NCBI RefSeq assembly: GCF_004010195.1
Contig: NC_057728.1
Span: 41,013,821 to 41,077,820 of the forward strand
DNA: 64,000 bases
Direction: 5' to 3'
Origin: Chiloscyllium plagiosum
Lineage: Eukaryota
The translations under genes were made by a program, and so were the position numbers. The notes under the pieces were generated by a model. It was not told where the DNA came from, did not search any database, and saw only the letters and a program-made list of their open reading frames with translations. Shown here piece by piece: positions 39,790 to 52,612 of the stretch. Every line of letters starts with the position of its first letter. Positions within the stretch are counted from its first letter, which is position 1.

Positions 39790-41430
39790 AAGCTAGGAAC
39801 TTGGGGAAATAAATAGTGACGAGTAGAAAAGGGTTCATATGACAAAAGAGGTGGTGCTGGAGCTCTTAAAATGCAAAATGGTAGATAAATCCCCAGGACC
39901 TGATCAGGTGTTTCCCAGAATATTGCGGGAAGCTCAAGAAGAGATAGCTAGGCCCCTTTTTTTTTTTGCTGAGATATCTGCATCATTGACAGCCATGGGT
40001 GAGGTGCCAGAAGACAGGAGGTTGGGTAGGGTGGTGCCATTGTTTAAGAAAGGCTATAAGGAAAAGCCAAAGAAGTGTAGACTGGTGAGCCTTATGTCAG
40101 TGGTGGGCAAGTTGTTGAATGGGATTCTGAGGGACAGGATTTATATGCATTTGGAAAGGCAAGGACTGATTAGAGATACACAAAGCCAGGTTGACGATGG
40201 GAAATAGTGTCTCACTAATTTGTTTGAGTTTTTTGAAAAAGAGAAATGATGACAGGGTGAAAGACACTTCTATATGGACTTCAGCAATGCATTCAACAAG
40301 ATTCCATATGGTAGGCTGGTTAGTAACGTTAGATGAAATGGGATCCCGAGGATGGCAGTTTATTGGATACAAAATTGGCATGAAGGTAGGAGACAGAGTA
40401 ATACTCTCTTCTGTCTGATGGAACAGGTTGGAAGATACGGAAGCTTGAACACGTACCAACAGATTCAAGAATAGCTGCTTCCCTACGGTTATTAGCCTGC
40501 TGAATGTACCTCTCAAATTTCAAGTCTTTATGCCTCGCTCTGTCTAAACTATGATCTGTATGTTTTGTTATGATCTGCCTGTGCTGCTCACAAAAACAAA
40601 GCTTTTCGCTGTACTCCAGTAAATGTGACAACAATAAATCAAATGAGTGTGTGATAGAGGGTTCCTATTCAGTCTGGAGGCCTCTGAGCACTGGTTGCCG
40701 CAAGGATTGGTGCTGGGTCACTTATAAAATAATTTGGATGTGTCCATAAGAGGCATCCCTAGTAAGTTTGCAAATAACACTAAAATTGGTGGTGTAGTGG
40801 ATAGTGAAGAAGATTCTCAGTACAACGGGACCTTGATCAGATGGGCCAATGAGCTGGCAGAGAGGGTGTAGTTTTAGATAAATATAAGGTGTTGTATAGT
40901 AATAAGGCAAATTAGGACAGCACTTTACAGTTAATAGTAAGGCTCTGGGGAATGTTGCTGAACAAGATGACCAGGGGTGCAGGTGTACAGTTCCTTGAAA
41001 GTGAAGCTCTCGGTAGACCGGGTGGTGAAGAAGGCATTTGCCACACTTGCTGCCTTTGTTCAGATCATTGAATATCAGAGTTGAAACGTTATGGTGTGAT
41101 TGTACAAGACATAGATGAGACTGCTTTTAGAGATCTGCATGTAATTCTGATCGCCTTTCTATAGGAAGGGTGATAATCTTGAGAGGGTGCTGAAAAGATT
41201 TACAAGGATATTGTGGCATTCACAAGGTGGTGTGTGTATGGAATGAGCTGCAGAGGAATTGGTGAAGACTGATACAATTACGATTTGAAAGGCATCTGCA
41301 TGGGTATAAGGAAAAGTTTGGAGGGCTATGGGCCAAATGCTATCAAATGGGACTAGGTCAGATTGGGATGTCTGGTTGGTGTAGCTAAGTTGGACTGAAA
41401 GGTCTGTTTCTACACTGTATAGCTCTATGA
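39790..41430 (+). mobile_element. CR1/HER1 LINE, decayed, interrupted by a Rex1 end
   Basis: KSPGPDQV.PR, PLFKKG, FANNTKIGG motifs; 3' tail ctctatga; same subfamily as 15554-17550. Confidence 0.9.
40405..40643 (+). mobile_element. Rex1/Babar LINE 3' end
   Basis: Homologous to 25430-25725 (TNRFKNS; acaataaatcaaat tail). Confidence 0.8.
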
Positions 41431-43122
41431 ATAGCAAATACAATAGATTAGAAGGAGCAAAAATTAGGAAAACGTGAGGCAAAGCTTGTAAGGAAGTGGA
41501 GAAACAGCAACATCAGTTAATGGATGTATATCAAAAGGCTCAGGTCCATGATTGCTTCAGATAATCTAGAAATTTCCTTATAATAATTCAGTGGAGCAGT
41601 TTTAAAATGAAACTTAAATTCATCAAACCAGATTTTAATCTTGATTTTAGCTTTAAGAAGAATTAGAATGTTTTACCTTCTACTGAAGGCCACTAGTGGC
41701 TTTAATATTGGCCTCCATTTTCACCCTAGAAAATTTTGCTTATCCAACCAGCACATTGCAATCAAGCAGACATTACCAGTTGTGTTGTGAAGATGATGTA
41801 GAGGACTTTAAAACCAAACTGCACATGACAAGCAAAGTGGCAAACCTAAATAGGGCCTGCAGCAAAAGCATGGATTATGAAGATAATTTCATGCTCAAAG
41901 TTATATCTTTTGTTAACTCATCAAGTAACTTCACTGCAGTGAGGATATTTGGTGCTGGTGAAAAACTGAGGGAATGGTAGAAGAAAGAATCTACCTTTGA
42001 AGATGACATCCAAAACCAAATGCCCATTTAAAATAGAGAGCAGTTGTGGCTTGGTCTGGAAGCATGTATTGAAACAGGTCCTGATAACTCATCAGAATGA
42101 TTACATAGTCATCAAAAACGTGCAGTTTGTGCATGTATACTTAAATGGGCAAAATCAGACCCTCGGTCCAACAAAGATTTCAGTGCAACAGTAAGTTATT
42201 CTAACCACTTTATGGAATGAACCAGTCTAGAGTTACAACAAAAGACCAAGATTGCACAGTGACTTTAAAGGATCTCTGCCAAAACTACCATTTCCCAATG
42301 CTTCTGGAAAAGACAGCAGAAAAAAGTGCAAATGCTGTATCTATGAAGGTAAATCAACAATATGAATGAAATGACCATGCATTTTGTGCGCAATAGCCAA
42401 GCTAAGGAATTGAAAAGTTTGGATATGGTTTTAGTGAAATGGCTGGATGTGATCGGGCATGATTCGCAGTGGTAATTGCCTGTGTGACTGGAACAAAATT
42501 GAAAGCCCATGGTAATTTTCATAGAATCACAGTCTAGATGTACATCAAGTCTGATAAAATTACTCTAAATCTACACCAGTCCCACTTTCCCGCACATGGC
42601 TAATAAGCCTTGAAAGTTATGTCATTATCAATAGTCCATCAGCACCGACCCTCCAACAAATGTAAAATTGTACTAAAAATAGAGTTCTGTTTGGGAGTTT
42701 TTGTGCTTTTCCATGGCAATGATTTAATGGATGAAGTGAAGTTGTGGATTTGATTTTGTATGGAATAGGTGTCCTGATGGCCTATGTAATGAATGTGTGG
42801 AATATGCTTAAATCCCATATCTTGTTGAAGGAAATTTTGAGGTGCCTGTGAAGAGAGAGTCCATAGTATAATTGCATTTTGGGTATTCATGTCTGCAGTT
42901 CATCCTTTTGGGTGTGTGCTTGAACAGCCATTCAAAGATCATGGTCAAGCTGAAAGGGATAGGGAAATGATTGGCAGAGAGATATCTTGAGAGTGGAAAT
43001 ATGTGTGATCCCTTGCTTTAATGTACTGTGTGGTTTAATTCTTTTAAATTGTGCGATACCAGTAGAACCCCATGTCATCAGATCTATTGGACGGAGAGGA
43101 GGGTGATTCTGAAAGTAAAAGC

Positions 43123-43472
43123 AGAATCATAGAATCCCTACAGTGTGGAAGCAGGCCATTTGACCCATCATGTGCACAGATGCTCCAAAGATCCACCCAC
43201 CCACACTCGACTCCCAACCCTTCTAGTTCCCATGCCTAATCCACGTAGTCTGCACATCCTGGACACTATATGGGCAATTTAGCATGGCCAATCCACCTGA
43301 CCTGCACATCTTCACACTGGAGGAAGAAACTGGAGAACCCAGACAAAATTCACGCAGCCATAGGGAGAATGTCTGTCTGTGTGGAGTTTGCACAGTCACC
43401 AGAGGGTGGAATCAAACCCTGATCCCTGGTGCTGTGAGGCAGCATTGCTAACCGCTAAGCCACCGTGCCACC
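43123..43472 (-). mobile_element. HE1-related V-SINE
   Basis: tRNA head and V-domain remnants with a small internal inversion; tail gattctatgattct. Confidence 0.85.
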
Positions 43473-45039
43473 TCTATATCTGATCCAAAGTGGGATTTTT
43501 ATAATGATGCCCATGCCAAGGAGACTCAAAACTAATTCAGTGAACTCTTTTTTTTGTGCCGGATGTCAAAGACAATAAATGTGACAGTTTTAAAATGATT
43601 TGATTGTGATTGAAAGGCTTCATTGTATAATAAATTCATTAAACTGTGCCATATTAATTTTAATGCAAATTGCCAGTTTTTCCCCACACTTTCAAATTGC
43701 AATGACCCACATCAGCAGTTCTCATTCAATACTTGGCAGAGGTGCCATCACTCTCTTTTTTTGGAAGAAACTTTGAAGGCTTCAGAGATGGTGCACAAGT
43801 CAATGACCTATGATACTGTTGAGTAATCATGAGGGTGTGAAATGCTTTCTGCAAATTTTGAGCTGGAAACTTTGGGATTCTCAACTTTCTCTTTAATTGA
43901 AGCCTTTAACAACATTTGAACCTCTGGCGTAGCTGATGTATTGTCTGGTGTGATATAATCTTGTAGGTGTGGGGGGAAAGAAATGAAACACAGAGCCACA
44001 GGTCAGTGGGACTGGAAGGAACAGCAGACATGAAATGACACAAAGTGGAATTTCTTTCATTACTAAGTTACCCAATCTTGCATTAGATGCATTTCATGCT
44101 GTGGAAATTTGGAGGAGAAATAATGTTATGGATGTGTTGCAGCTTTGTCTAGAATCATTTGAGGCTAATCATTTGAATATCACCTGCCTGTATTCACTTG
44201 CTGCCTAGATTAGAGTTTCTCAGTGCTTTTATGGGTGTGTTAGGTTGTGTGTTCTTGGGTTGCATCATAGTCTCGCGTCCTTCTGTCTTCACCTGCAGTA
44301 TATGGAACAGGGGTCACAGGAAAGTGCTCAGAAGCAGATTTCTGATTAAATTTCTTCTTGCTGGCCCAGAGTGATGAGGCTAGTTATTCCACCCCTTATT
44401 TCAACCCCTACTGGATTAAGTTGACTTAGTCCAAGTCAAGAATCAACCTGGAATTGTCATGATATTTAATGAACTCAGTATGTTTCTTTTATGAAATCAT
44501 GATAGATGAACTGTAGAGCCTGGTCAGTAATCATCTGTATGGTCTTTGACTCTACCACAGAATTCAAAGTCAGCAAGCCTGCTACTCAACACTCTCTCAA
44601 TGACTTTGATTCAAAGCTTTTTGTGGTTTTGTGCTGTCCAAGTTCATCTCAACAGATGAACAAAGGCAGCACTGTTTCCAAACTTTAAACAGCAAAGAAC
44701 TAGATAGAAGCAGCAAAACTTCTGCTACTTATGCTAAAGATATGTCTGATCTTCTTGAAGTTGGAGAAAAAATCAAGTCCTTTTTATTCCTGAAGCAGTT
44801 ACCACCAGTAACATTCATGCAACATCATAAGCCCTAATCAGAGTGATGATTCAAAACCATTGCACAGAATAGAAGAATGTAGCTGTCCCACAGGATCGGA
44901 TAGCAAAAGATTCTCAAATTCTAGCATATTATGTATGACACTAGTGTATGCACTTTCAGGGAAATGTGCCAAGTTATTTCTGGATCACAGTTTTTCCTGC
45001 TTCCACCCCAACTGGAAAATGTAATGACTTTTGCTTCCA

Positions 45040-45790
45040 ATAAGCATCTTTCATTCATCTCCGCTTCTGGAGGTAGGCTGTTCACAAATCTCATCGACTT
45101 CCATAGCTACCTGCGATGTACTTCTGCACATCCAGTAAGGATGTCATTCGATTCTCCCACTTTTTGTTGTGAATGTTGAAATGCTATCACTTCCATACCA
45201 GTGCCTCTAATATATCTTCCTTTCTCTGCACACAAGGATTCAATTCCTCACGATAACAGAACACGTCTTTCCACTGTGTCAGTCCTTATTCTGCAGTTCT
45301 TCCCTTTCATCTCCAAACAATGATAGGATCCCCATTGAGCACCCTTTCTTTCACTACCTCTACAGGAGGGATCTACAAAATTCTAATCCACTCTTTGATC
45401 ACCACTCCTATTCTTTCCGATGCAGCACCTGACCTTTTACCACCCCAGCTTACCTTCCCAGAACTATGGCCCCAAACATTGCTTGTAATTGAAACAGTAA
45501 AGTACTTTCAGTCTCAGACTATATTTGCTGGTCACAACACCGTCTCTTCTACAATTGGGAGACAAAAGCCACATTGTGTAAGTCTCCATTCAGTCCAGAA
45601 GCATGATACTTGAGGTAGCTGTTACCTGTCATTTTAATTCTCTACCTCAGTAACACTGCGATCTAATCTGTCTTGACTTTGTGCTGTTCCTATGAAACTC
45701 TATGGAAACTTGAGAGTGCACTTTATCTTTCAGTTTGGCATTTGATAGCCTCCTAGATTCGCTGCAAGTTTGATAACATCAGATCATGTG
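45040..45790 (+). mobile_element. Old Penelope-like element fragment (RT C-terminus to GIY-YIG)
   Basis: DFHSYLRCTSAHP (= DSHSYLDYTSSHP of 53477-54436); tacaattgggagacaaa (YIGETK-like); FIFQFG motif. Confidence 0.6.
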
Positions 45791-48789
45791 CACTGCTCCC
45801 ATTTTGATTGGATTGTTAAAAGCTTTAACATTGTTTCAAGAAGAAGGAAACTGCTTTTGCATTGTGTTCCATGGCAGAGTTGTTAAAAAACAATGACATT
45901 TGTACATTAAATTGTCTTTAAATCTGAGTCAAATAACTAAACAAGATTGCCACTGTTGCTTTACGGAGGATTTTCATTGCTCTGACCTTGAAATCTCCTC
46001 TAAGTCACTGCAAGGTGACCTGATTATGGAATGGTTGCAGAATGGATTGGATGCCACATACACGTTTCCAGAAACTGAGCAGGGTTGTCAAAGGTCATTG
46101 TAGTTTTCAGCCTCTGGGTGTTGCTGTACTAGTCTTTATAATAAGTTAATTTTGTTTTTATGATAACACTTGTTTTGAGATGAAGCATTACAGTGATAGC
46201 AGAATTAGATTTCTGATTTCAGTTTGTCTTAGAATGTCAGGATCATTCCACCATGTAATAGCTATTGATGTGATTATACAGCCTGGCTGAGTATTAATGA
46301 TGGTAGTGAAGAATAAAAAAGAGATTTATGTGTGCACTGGACCTGTTATGTAGTAGGTGAATTGTGTTATGACATTAAGAAGCATTATCTGAGTACTTTT
46401 AAATGACTTGCATTAAGCTTCTCAAACATTTAATTTGCTAAAGTTTAAAAGGACAGTTTAGTCTTTAAAATATTAACCATCGATCCTTGTCCTCACCTAT
46501 GACAACTAGGATGGCCTTTAAAATATGATTAAAGCAGTAAATAAAATGTAGACCAATCCATCTGAAGATGTAGAGGGTGAAGCTGAATATGCTTGGTTTA
46601 CTCATACACAGTCATTGCTATTACTCATTGTCAATCCTGGTAATGTTGGAGTCACCACTGCCTCATTGAGACCTTTGTACACTACCTGCCAGTTTACATC
46701 TCATCAGGGTGACAATTGTAGCTTATCCATCCATTTGTGTGGGTTCATGTTAAATATATCTCGATCATCTCAAGTTCCTCAGATGTGAACAGACTAACTT
46801 TACATTGGGATAGTCCTAGTGCTGCAGCAATCCTCACTTTCACCTTATTAAAAAAGGGTGGAATTGGAGTGGGAGAGAAAGAGAGTCCGGAGCTTGCAAA
46901 TAAGTTTGATAAGACCTTTGCAGGAGAAAATAAGTCAATGGACAAGAGTTGGACATTCTTATATTTCCAATGAAAATTATAGTGGTGATTGTTGGAATGA
47001 AAAACTAGGGCTATAAAGAGGATAAATAGAAAATGTTTGGTCACTGTATTTTTAGGATTCCCCTTTACCTTCATAATAAGCCACCAACGGTTTCAAAAAG
47101 CGATGGTTATCAGTTTGCTGAACTTTTGAAAGTCCCTTGATGGAAACGAAGAGTAAAACTAAATGGATCAGATGGCATGTGGGACACACAATGACATTAG
47201 ACTGGATCCTCTGCCATTTCTTAGGATAATGTCTGGAACTTGTGCTGCTTCTTTTAAAACCTTGGTCATGTCTTACCTTAATAAAGGTTTATGTAATTTC
47301 TTTCTGGACCACTTTTCATGTCATTAACAGCCCATGAGTTCACTTTTTTGTGAAAGTTTTCTGCATTATTACTTCACTATTGTTAAGCAATAGCTATTTA
47401 ATACTGACTACAGATAAACTTTTAATAATTTTAGGATTAATAAAGAATCCTGTAAATTGCCAAGACTGAATTGTTTTTTCTCCTTCTTCACTAATGTTCA
47501 AGTTGTGGTGGGCTGCTTGAAATGCAAGTTTTATTTTCTGTTCCTCCCATGTTTCCAGGGTTTTGCTGCTTTAACTATGACCAAATTTTTTTGGTTATGC
47601 ACGACCTTTTTCTAACTGTGTGCTGGCAATGTATAATGGTATCCCCAAGGTTAAAATCTAGTGTCACAACAATGCAGCACTTGATGCGCATTCTTTCCAC
47701 CTGAGGTTATGGAATAATCTGATCAGGCAAGTCTTTGCTAGAGGCACTAATTTGACTGGAACAGTCATCTACAACTTAGTCTATAGTGTAACCAGAGACT
47801 TAAACTTACTTACGATTAACGTTTTTGCTATTTTTGTACAAGAACTAGCAATTAGATGTGTCAGGGAGTATTAATTAGTATATTTAAATTATCCGTTCTG
47901 GTAGGGCTCGAGGTAATTAACGTCTTAAAAAATAAATAATTATATGGTACTGTTTTCTGGGGCAATTTCCTTGCTGCTATCAATGCTTTTTGTAGTCTCT
48001 TGTTCCTTCATCATCAGAATAGTACAAGGAGAATTTAATTTTGTTTTGTCTGTATGCCAAATTACCTTTTTTGCCAAACTGGGTAACAATACAGTTTTGG
48101 AGAAGAGTGAATGTTGACATAGAGCAGTGGGATTTGCAAGTTTACATCTACAGACATTGAAAACCTTGAGTACTGAGTAGGTGAGGCTATTTAAAAGAAA
48201 ATTGGTAAATAGATATTTATGGCAGAATGAATAGAACATATAAGTTGAGACAAAACAGTAAATCTTTCCAAAATTTTAGGAAGCTCACATTGGGAATTCT
48301 ATATGAATGAAGATTCTATAAATGTAATGTTGCGATATTGAGAGAGAATCCCAGTTCTACCCTGATCCTGTCTGATATGAGGAAATGCAAATATGAAAAA
48401 GTGACATGGAAAAATGGCTGCTTTCCTTAAATCATAAGAGATTCAGATGTGATTTGAAAAAGGTGTTTTAAAATTTATGAAGGAATGGGTTAAAACAGAC
48501 TTACTCCAGTCATTTTAGAGATGAGGATATAAATTAAAGGTAAACCATTTCAAATGGAAAAAAAGCAACATTGTTTTGAACACGATTGTGGAAAGCAATT
48601 CCAGAGTTGACGATTGAAGCAGAGACTGTCAACATTTTTAAGCAGAACAGGAGAAATAAGGGATATGGCAACGATATTTTCTCTCAGGATCAAGTCTATT
48701 GCTAGAGTGGTGGAGACATATAAACGTGAACTTGTTGGGCCAACTGGCCTGTATTTATGTTGTATTTGAGGTGAACTTTCAAGCATATA

Positions 48790-49170
48790 GTCATTGTCAT
48801 TAAGGCTGCCTACTTCCACCTTCTACGTATAGCAACTACCACCCTCGCTGCAGCTGTTCTGCTGAAGCCCTCAAGCATGCCTTTATGTTCAGACTTGCTT
48901 ATTCTAACAGCCTCCTGGCTGATCTCCCACATTCTACCCTTCATCAACACAATTCAAAGCTCTGCTGTGTGGTGCTTAGTTCACTCGTCACACATACATG
49001 TCTGCTGACCCTCCATTGGTCCCTAGCTAAACAATGTCTCATGTTTTTAAACTTCTCATCTTTTGTGAATCTCGTAATGGTTTGGCCTGCTTATTCTCAG
49101 TAACCACCTACAACCCTCTGAGATATGTGGTCTCATAAATCTGGTCTTCCGGGCATTCTCAATTTTTAAT
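48790..49170 (+). mobile_element. L2-type LINE 3' fragment
   Basis: RLAYSNSLLADLP...LHW motif; its tail continues at ~49400-49470 and 49690-50070. Confidence 0.7.
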
Positions 49171-49474
49171 CAATCCAGCTATTGGATTGTTGGAAAAACC
49201 CAACACTGGTTCACTAATGCTCTTTTAGGAAAATAAACCACCATCCTTACCTGGTCTGGTCTACATGTGATTCCAAACCCATAGCAATGTAGTTGACTCA
49301 ACTGCCCTTGGGGCAATTAGGGATGAACATGCTGGTCTAGCCAGTGACCCGCCCCCCCCCATCCTGTGAGTGAATAAAACAAATTTTTAAAAAAATTGAC
49401 CGTCCTTTTCAGTGGCCTCAGTCAGGCCCTGAGCACTGGAATTGTTCTCTTAGACTTTCCTGTGTCTCTCTTTC

Positions 49475-49684
49475 TGATTTGGAGATGCCGGTGTTGGACT
49501 GGGGTGCACAAAGTTAAAAATCACACAACACCAGGTTATAGTCCAACAGGTTTAATTGGAAGCACTAGCTTTCGGAGCACTGCTCCTTCATCAGGTGGTT
49601 GTCTGATGAAGGAGCAGTGCCCCGAAAGCTAGCGCTTCCAATTAAACCTGTTGGACTATAACCTGGTGTTGTGTGATTTTTAAC
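49475..49684. mobile_element. Foldback PLE-end mini-element, family B
   Basis: ~80-bp near-perfect inverted arms; degenerate TSD gtctctctttc at 49464-49474 and gtcactatttc at 49685-49695. Confidence 0.9.
49563..49597 (-). ncRNA. Minimal type I hammerhead ribozyme motif, intact (second core on + at 49603-49634)
   Basis: CAC-CUGAUGA-A-GGAGC-agu-GCUCC-GAAA-GC-UA-GUG: perfect stem I (CAC/GUG) and stem II; palindromic AGCU in place of stem III. Confidence 0.78.
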
Positions 49685-49747
49685 GTCACTATTTCTGGTT
49701 ACTCCTTTGAAGGCAATCTATAAAATTTACCTCCTGACTGAGGTTTT

Positions 49748-49956
49748 TGTAGTGATTGGAACAAGATCAGCCAGGTAGATCTAGGAATATGAGTTCCCTG
49801 AGTGGGGCTGTTAACTTCAACTAATTGGAGTCCTGGCAGACATGTGTTCTGCTCACTCTAGTAGCCAGCTCTGAGCTAGCTGGGTCAGTGTCATGTACTA
49901 TGTGTAAATAACGGGTGACTTGATGACAGGATATTGGCCTATGTGGGATTATTTCA
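49748..49956 (+). mobile_element. Solo LTR (209 bp)
   Basis: TG...CA termini with 5-bp TSD gtttt at 49743-49747 and 49957-49961; interrupts an L2 tail; strand tentative. Confidence 0.65.
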
Positions 49957-50299
49957 GTTTTGATTACCTGCCCTAATATTTCCTGACGCTGTGCAGAATT
50001 ACATTTTGTGTTTATAATATCTCCTAGTATCAGGAATGTATTGTTAATTGAAGATGCTATAGAAGTACAATGAGATGGTTTGTGAAATGACTGAGATGCA
50101 TCAAGTTATTTTGTTTTCTTTGTCTTCCTTTCAACCCTGTTACGCAACAAAACTGTCCAATCATAAAAGTGAACAAATTCCGTTGGAGCTGAGATCACAA
50201 CAAAATCTCAAATTAGGAGATCATTGAATCTCCAATACACGTGATTTTAAAATATTACTCATAGAATGTATTCTACCAGGAACAATATGCACTCATTTC

Positions 50300-50500
50300 A
50301 GTGGGGTTTTTTTTCCCCAGCAAAATCTTCTACTTCTCTCTTCCTCATACACCTTATCATACTGCTGTTTTTTGTACACATATTAGCTGCCGTGTTTCTC
50401 TTTGCAACAGTAACTACACCTCAAAAGTAACTTGCAGTGTTTGGACACTCTGGGTAGTTGTGAAAAGTGCTACTTAATTCAAATCTTTTATTTTCTTTCT
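50300..50500 (+). mobile_element. DeuSINE (SacSINE1/AmnSINE1-like) 3' remnant
   Basis: ttagctgccgtgtttc...caacagtaactacacctcaaaagta...gtgaaaagtgcta matches the recalled AmnSINE1-type 3' region; homologous to 61380-61540. Confidence 0.6.
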
Positions 50501-50714
50501 GAACTAACTTCAAATGCATCTGTTCCATTTGCCTCAAAATCTTCCTACAACTTTTACATTCTCAGCGCTGTCTCTTGGAAGGAGGTCACTTTTGGACTCT
50601 TCGATAAAAGAAAGTAGTCTTCTAAAGTTCCTTGTTGGAAACCAAGGGTAAAACTAAACGATTTTAGATGGCATGTAGAGCCCATCAGAACATTTAGAGG
50701 ATCCTGATTGCCAT

Positions 50715-51022
50715 TTAGATTAGGTTAGATTACTTAGTGTGGAAACAGGCCCTTCAGCCCAACAAGCCCACACCGACCCACCAAAGCACAACCCACCCAG
50801 AGCCATTCCCCTACATTTACCCCTGCACCTAACACTATGGACAATTTAGCATGGCCAATTCACCTAAACTGCGTATTTTTGGATTGTGGGAGGAAACTGG
50901 AGCACCCGGAGGAAACCCACGCAGACACTGGGAGAATGTGCAAACTCCACACAGTCAGTCGCCTGAGGCAGGAATTGGTGCTGTGAGGCAGCAGTGCTAA
51001 CCACTGTGTCACCGTGTGGCCC
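50715..51022 (-). mobile_element. HE1-type V-SINE
   Basis: As 7958-8260, with a deletion in the tRNA head. Confidence 0.92.
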
Positions 51023-51824
51023 ACTATCCTCAGAGTAATATCTGGAACTGCTGACTTTATAATCTTTATATTTTGTTTTTTTCGAGATCATTCTTTATTA
51101 ACATGTTTTGTGAAATTTTTCTGCATTTGTTATTTTAATGTGAAAAATTAACTACTTAATACCTAATATAGGTAATCTGTCTCGGAAGGATGTCTCTTTT
51201 GGACTTGTTTCGATCAAAGAAAGCTGTCTTCTAAATTTCCTGTTTTGATTTATAGCTGGCAATCGTATTGATAGCCTTTGTAGTGAGTGGGTATACTCCA
51301 TCTGTCTTTCAAAACATTACCAAATTTTTAAGACGTATTCTTCAGCTGTTTGAGTGTGAGATGGCTTTGGCTACTCATCCCTTAACTTGTCGGTCATCTT
51401 CTCCAGTGCCTCTATGTGTTATTAATTATATGGCAGTTAGAACAACACAAAAATGTACAATCTAAGGTCATCCTGGTAGGCATAGTGGGAGAATTATGTA
51501 GAATATACACAAAAAGTATCACACCTTACTGGTGTAGCATGCAGGAAGTCAAGCCCCAGTATTCTTAGAGCCATCACAGAAGTTAAAGATTTTCAGTGTG
51601 TGAAGTCCTCAATTTACCTGTCGTGTTAAAGTCAGGTTGATAGAAAGGCCAGACCAAATTTCTGAATCGAACAAGAAAACCAATTTATTTCAATTCATAG
51701 ATTTTAACTTCACAAAAGAATTGCAAACTTTGACTTAGAATTCTAATCATTAAATTCTAACTCCCATCTAAACCATCCCAATGTCTGTGTATGCAATCAG
51801 GCAGAGCCAAACCATCAAAAATTA

Positions 51825-52612
51825 ATACAGTACAAAAGCAGACCTTTTTCATCCAACTCGTCCATGCAGACCAGATATCCTAAACTGATCTAGTCCCATT
51901 TGCCCGCATTTGGCCTACATCCCTCTAAACCCTTCCTATTCATATACCCATCCAGATGCCTTTTTAAATGTATCTATCTCTACTACTACCTCTGCCAGCT
52001 AGTTCCATACATGCACCATCCTCTGTATGAAAAAGTTGCCCCTTGAGTCCCTTTTAAATCTTTTCCCCCCTCACCCTCTACCTATTCCCTCCTTTTCTGG
52101 ATTCCCCCACACTCTGGGGAAAAGACCTTGGCTATTCACCCTATCCATGCCCTCATGACTTCATAAACCTCGAAGGTCACCCCTCAGCCTCTGATACTCC
52201 AGGGAAACTAGCCCCAGCCTATTCATCCTCTCCCTATAGCTCAAACCCTCCAATCATGGCAATAACCTTGTAACTCTTTTCTGAACCCTTTCAAGTTTTA
52301 ACAACCCCCTTCCTATAGCAAGGAAACAAAATTGAACGCAGTATTCCAAAAGTGGTCTGACAAATGTCCTGTACACCCGCAACAAGACCTCCCAACCCCT
52401 GTACTCAATGGTCTGACCAATGAAGATAAGTGTAGCATATGCCGCCTTCACCACCCTGTCTACCTGCGATTCCACTTTCAAGGATCTATGCACAGCATCC
52501 TTAGGTCCCTTTGTTCAGGAATACTTTCCAGGGCCCGACCATTAACTGTATAATTACTGCCCTGATTGCCTTCCCAAAATGCAACACTTCATATTAATCA
52601 AAATTAAATTGT
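51825..52612 (-). mobile_element. CR1/HER1 LINE 3' ~0.8 kb
   Basis: ORF 52254-52493 (HRSLKVESQVDRVVK, RPLLEYCVQF). Confidence 0.92.
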
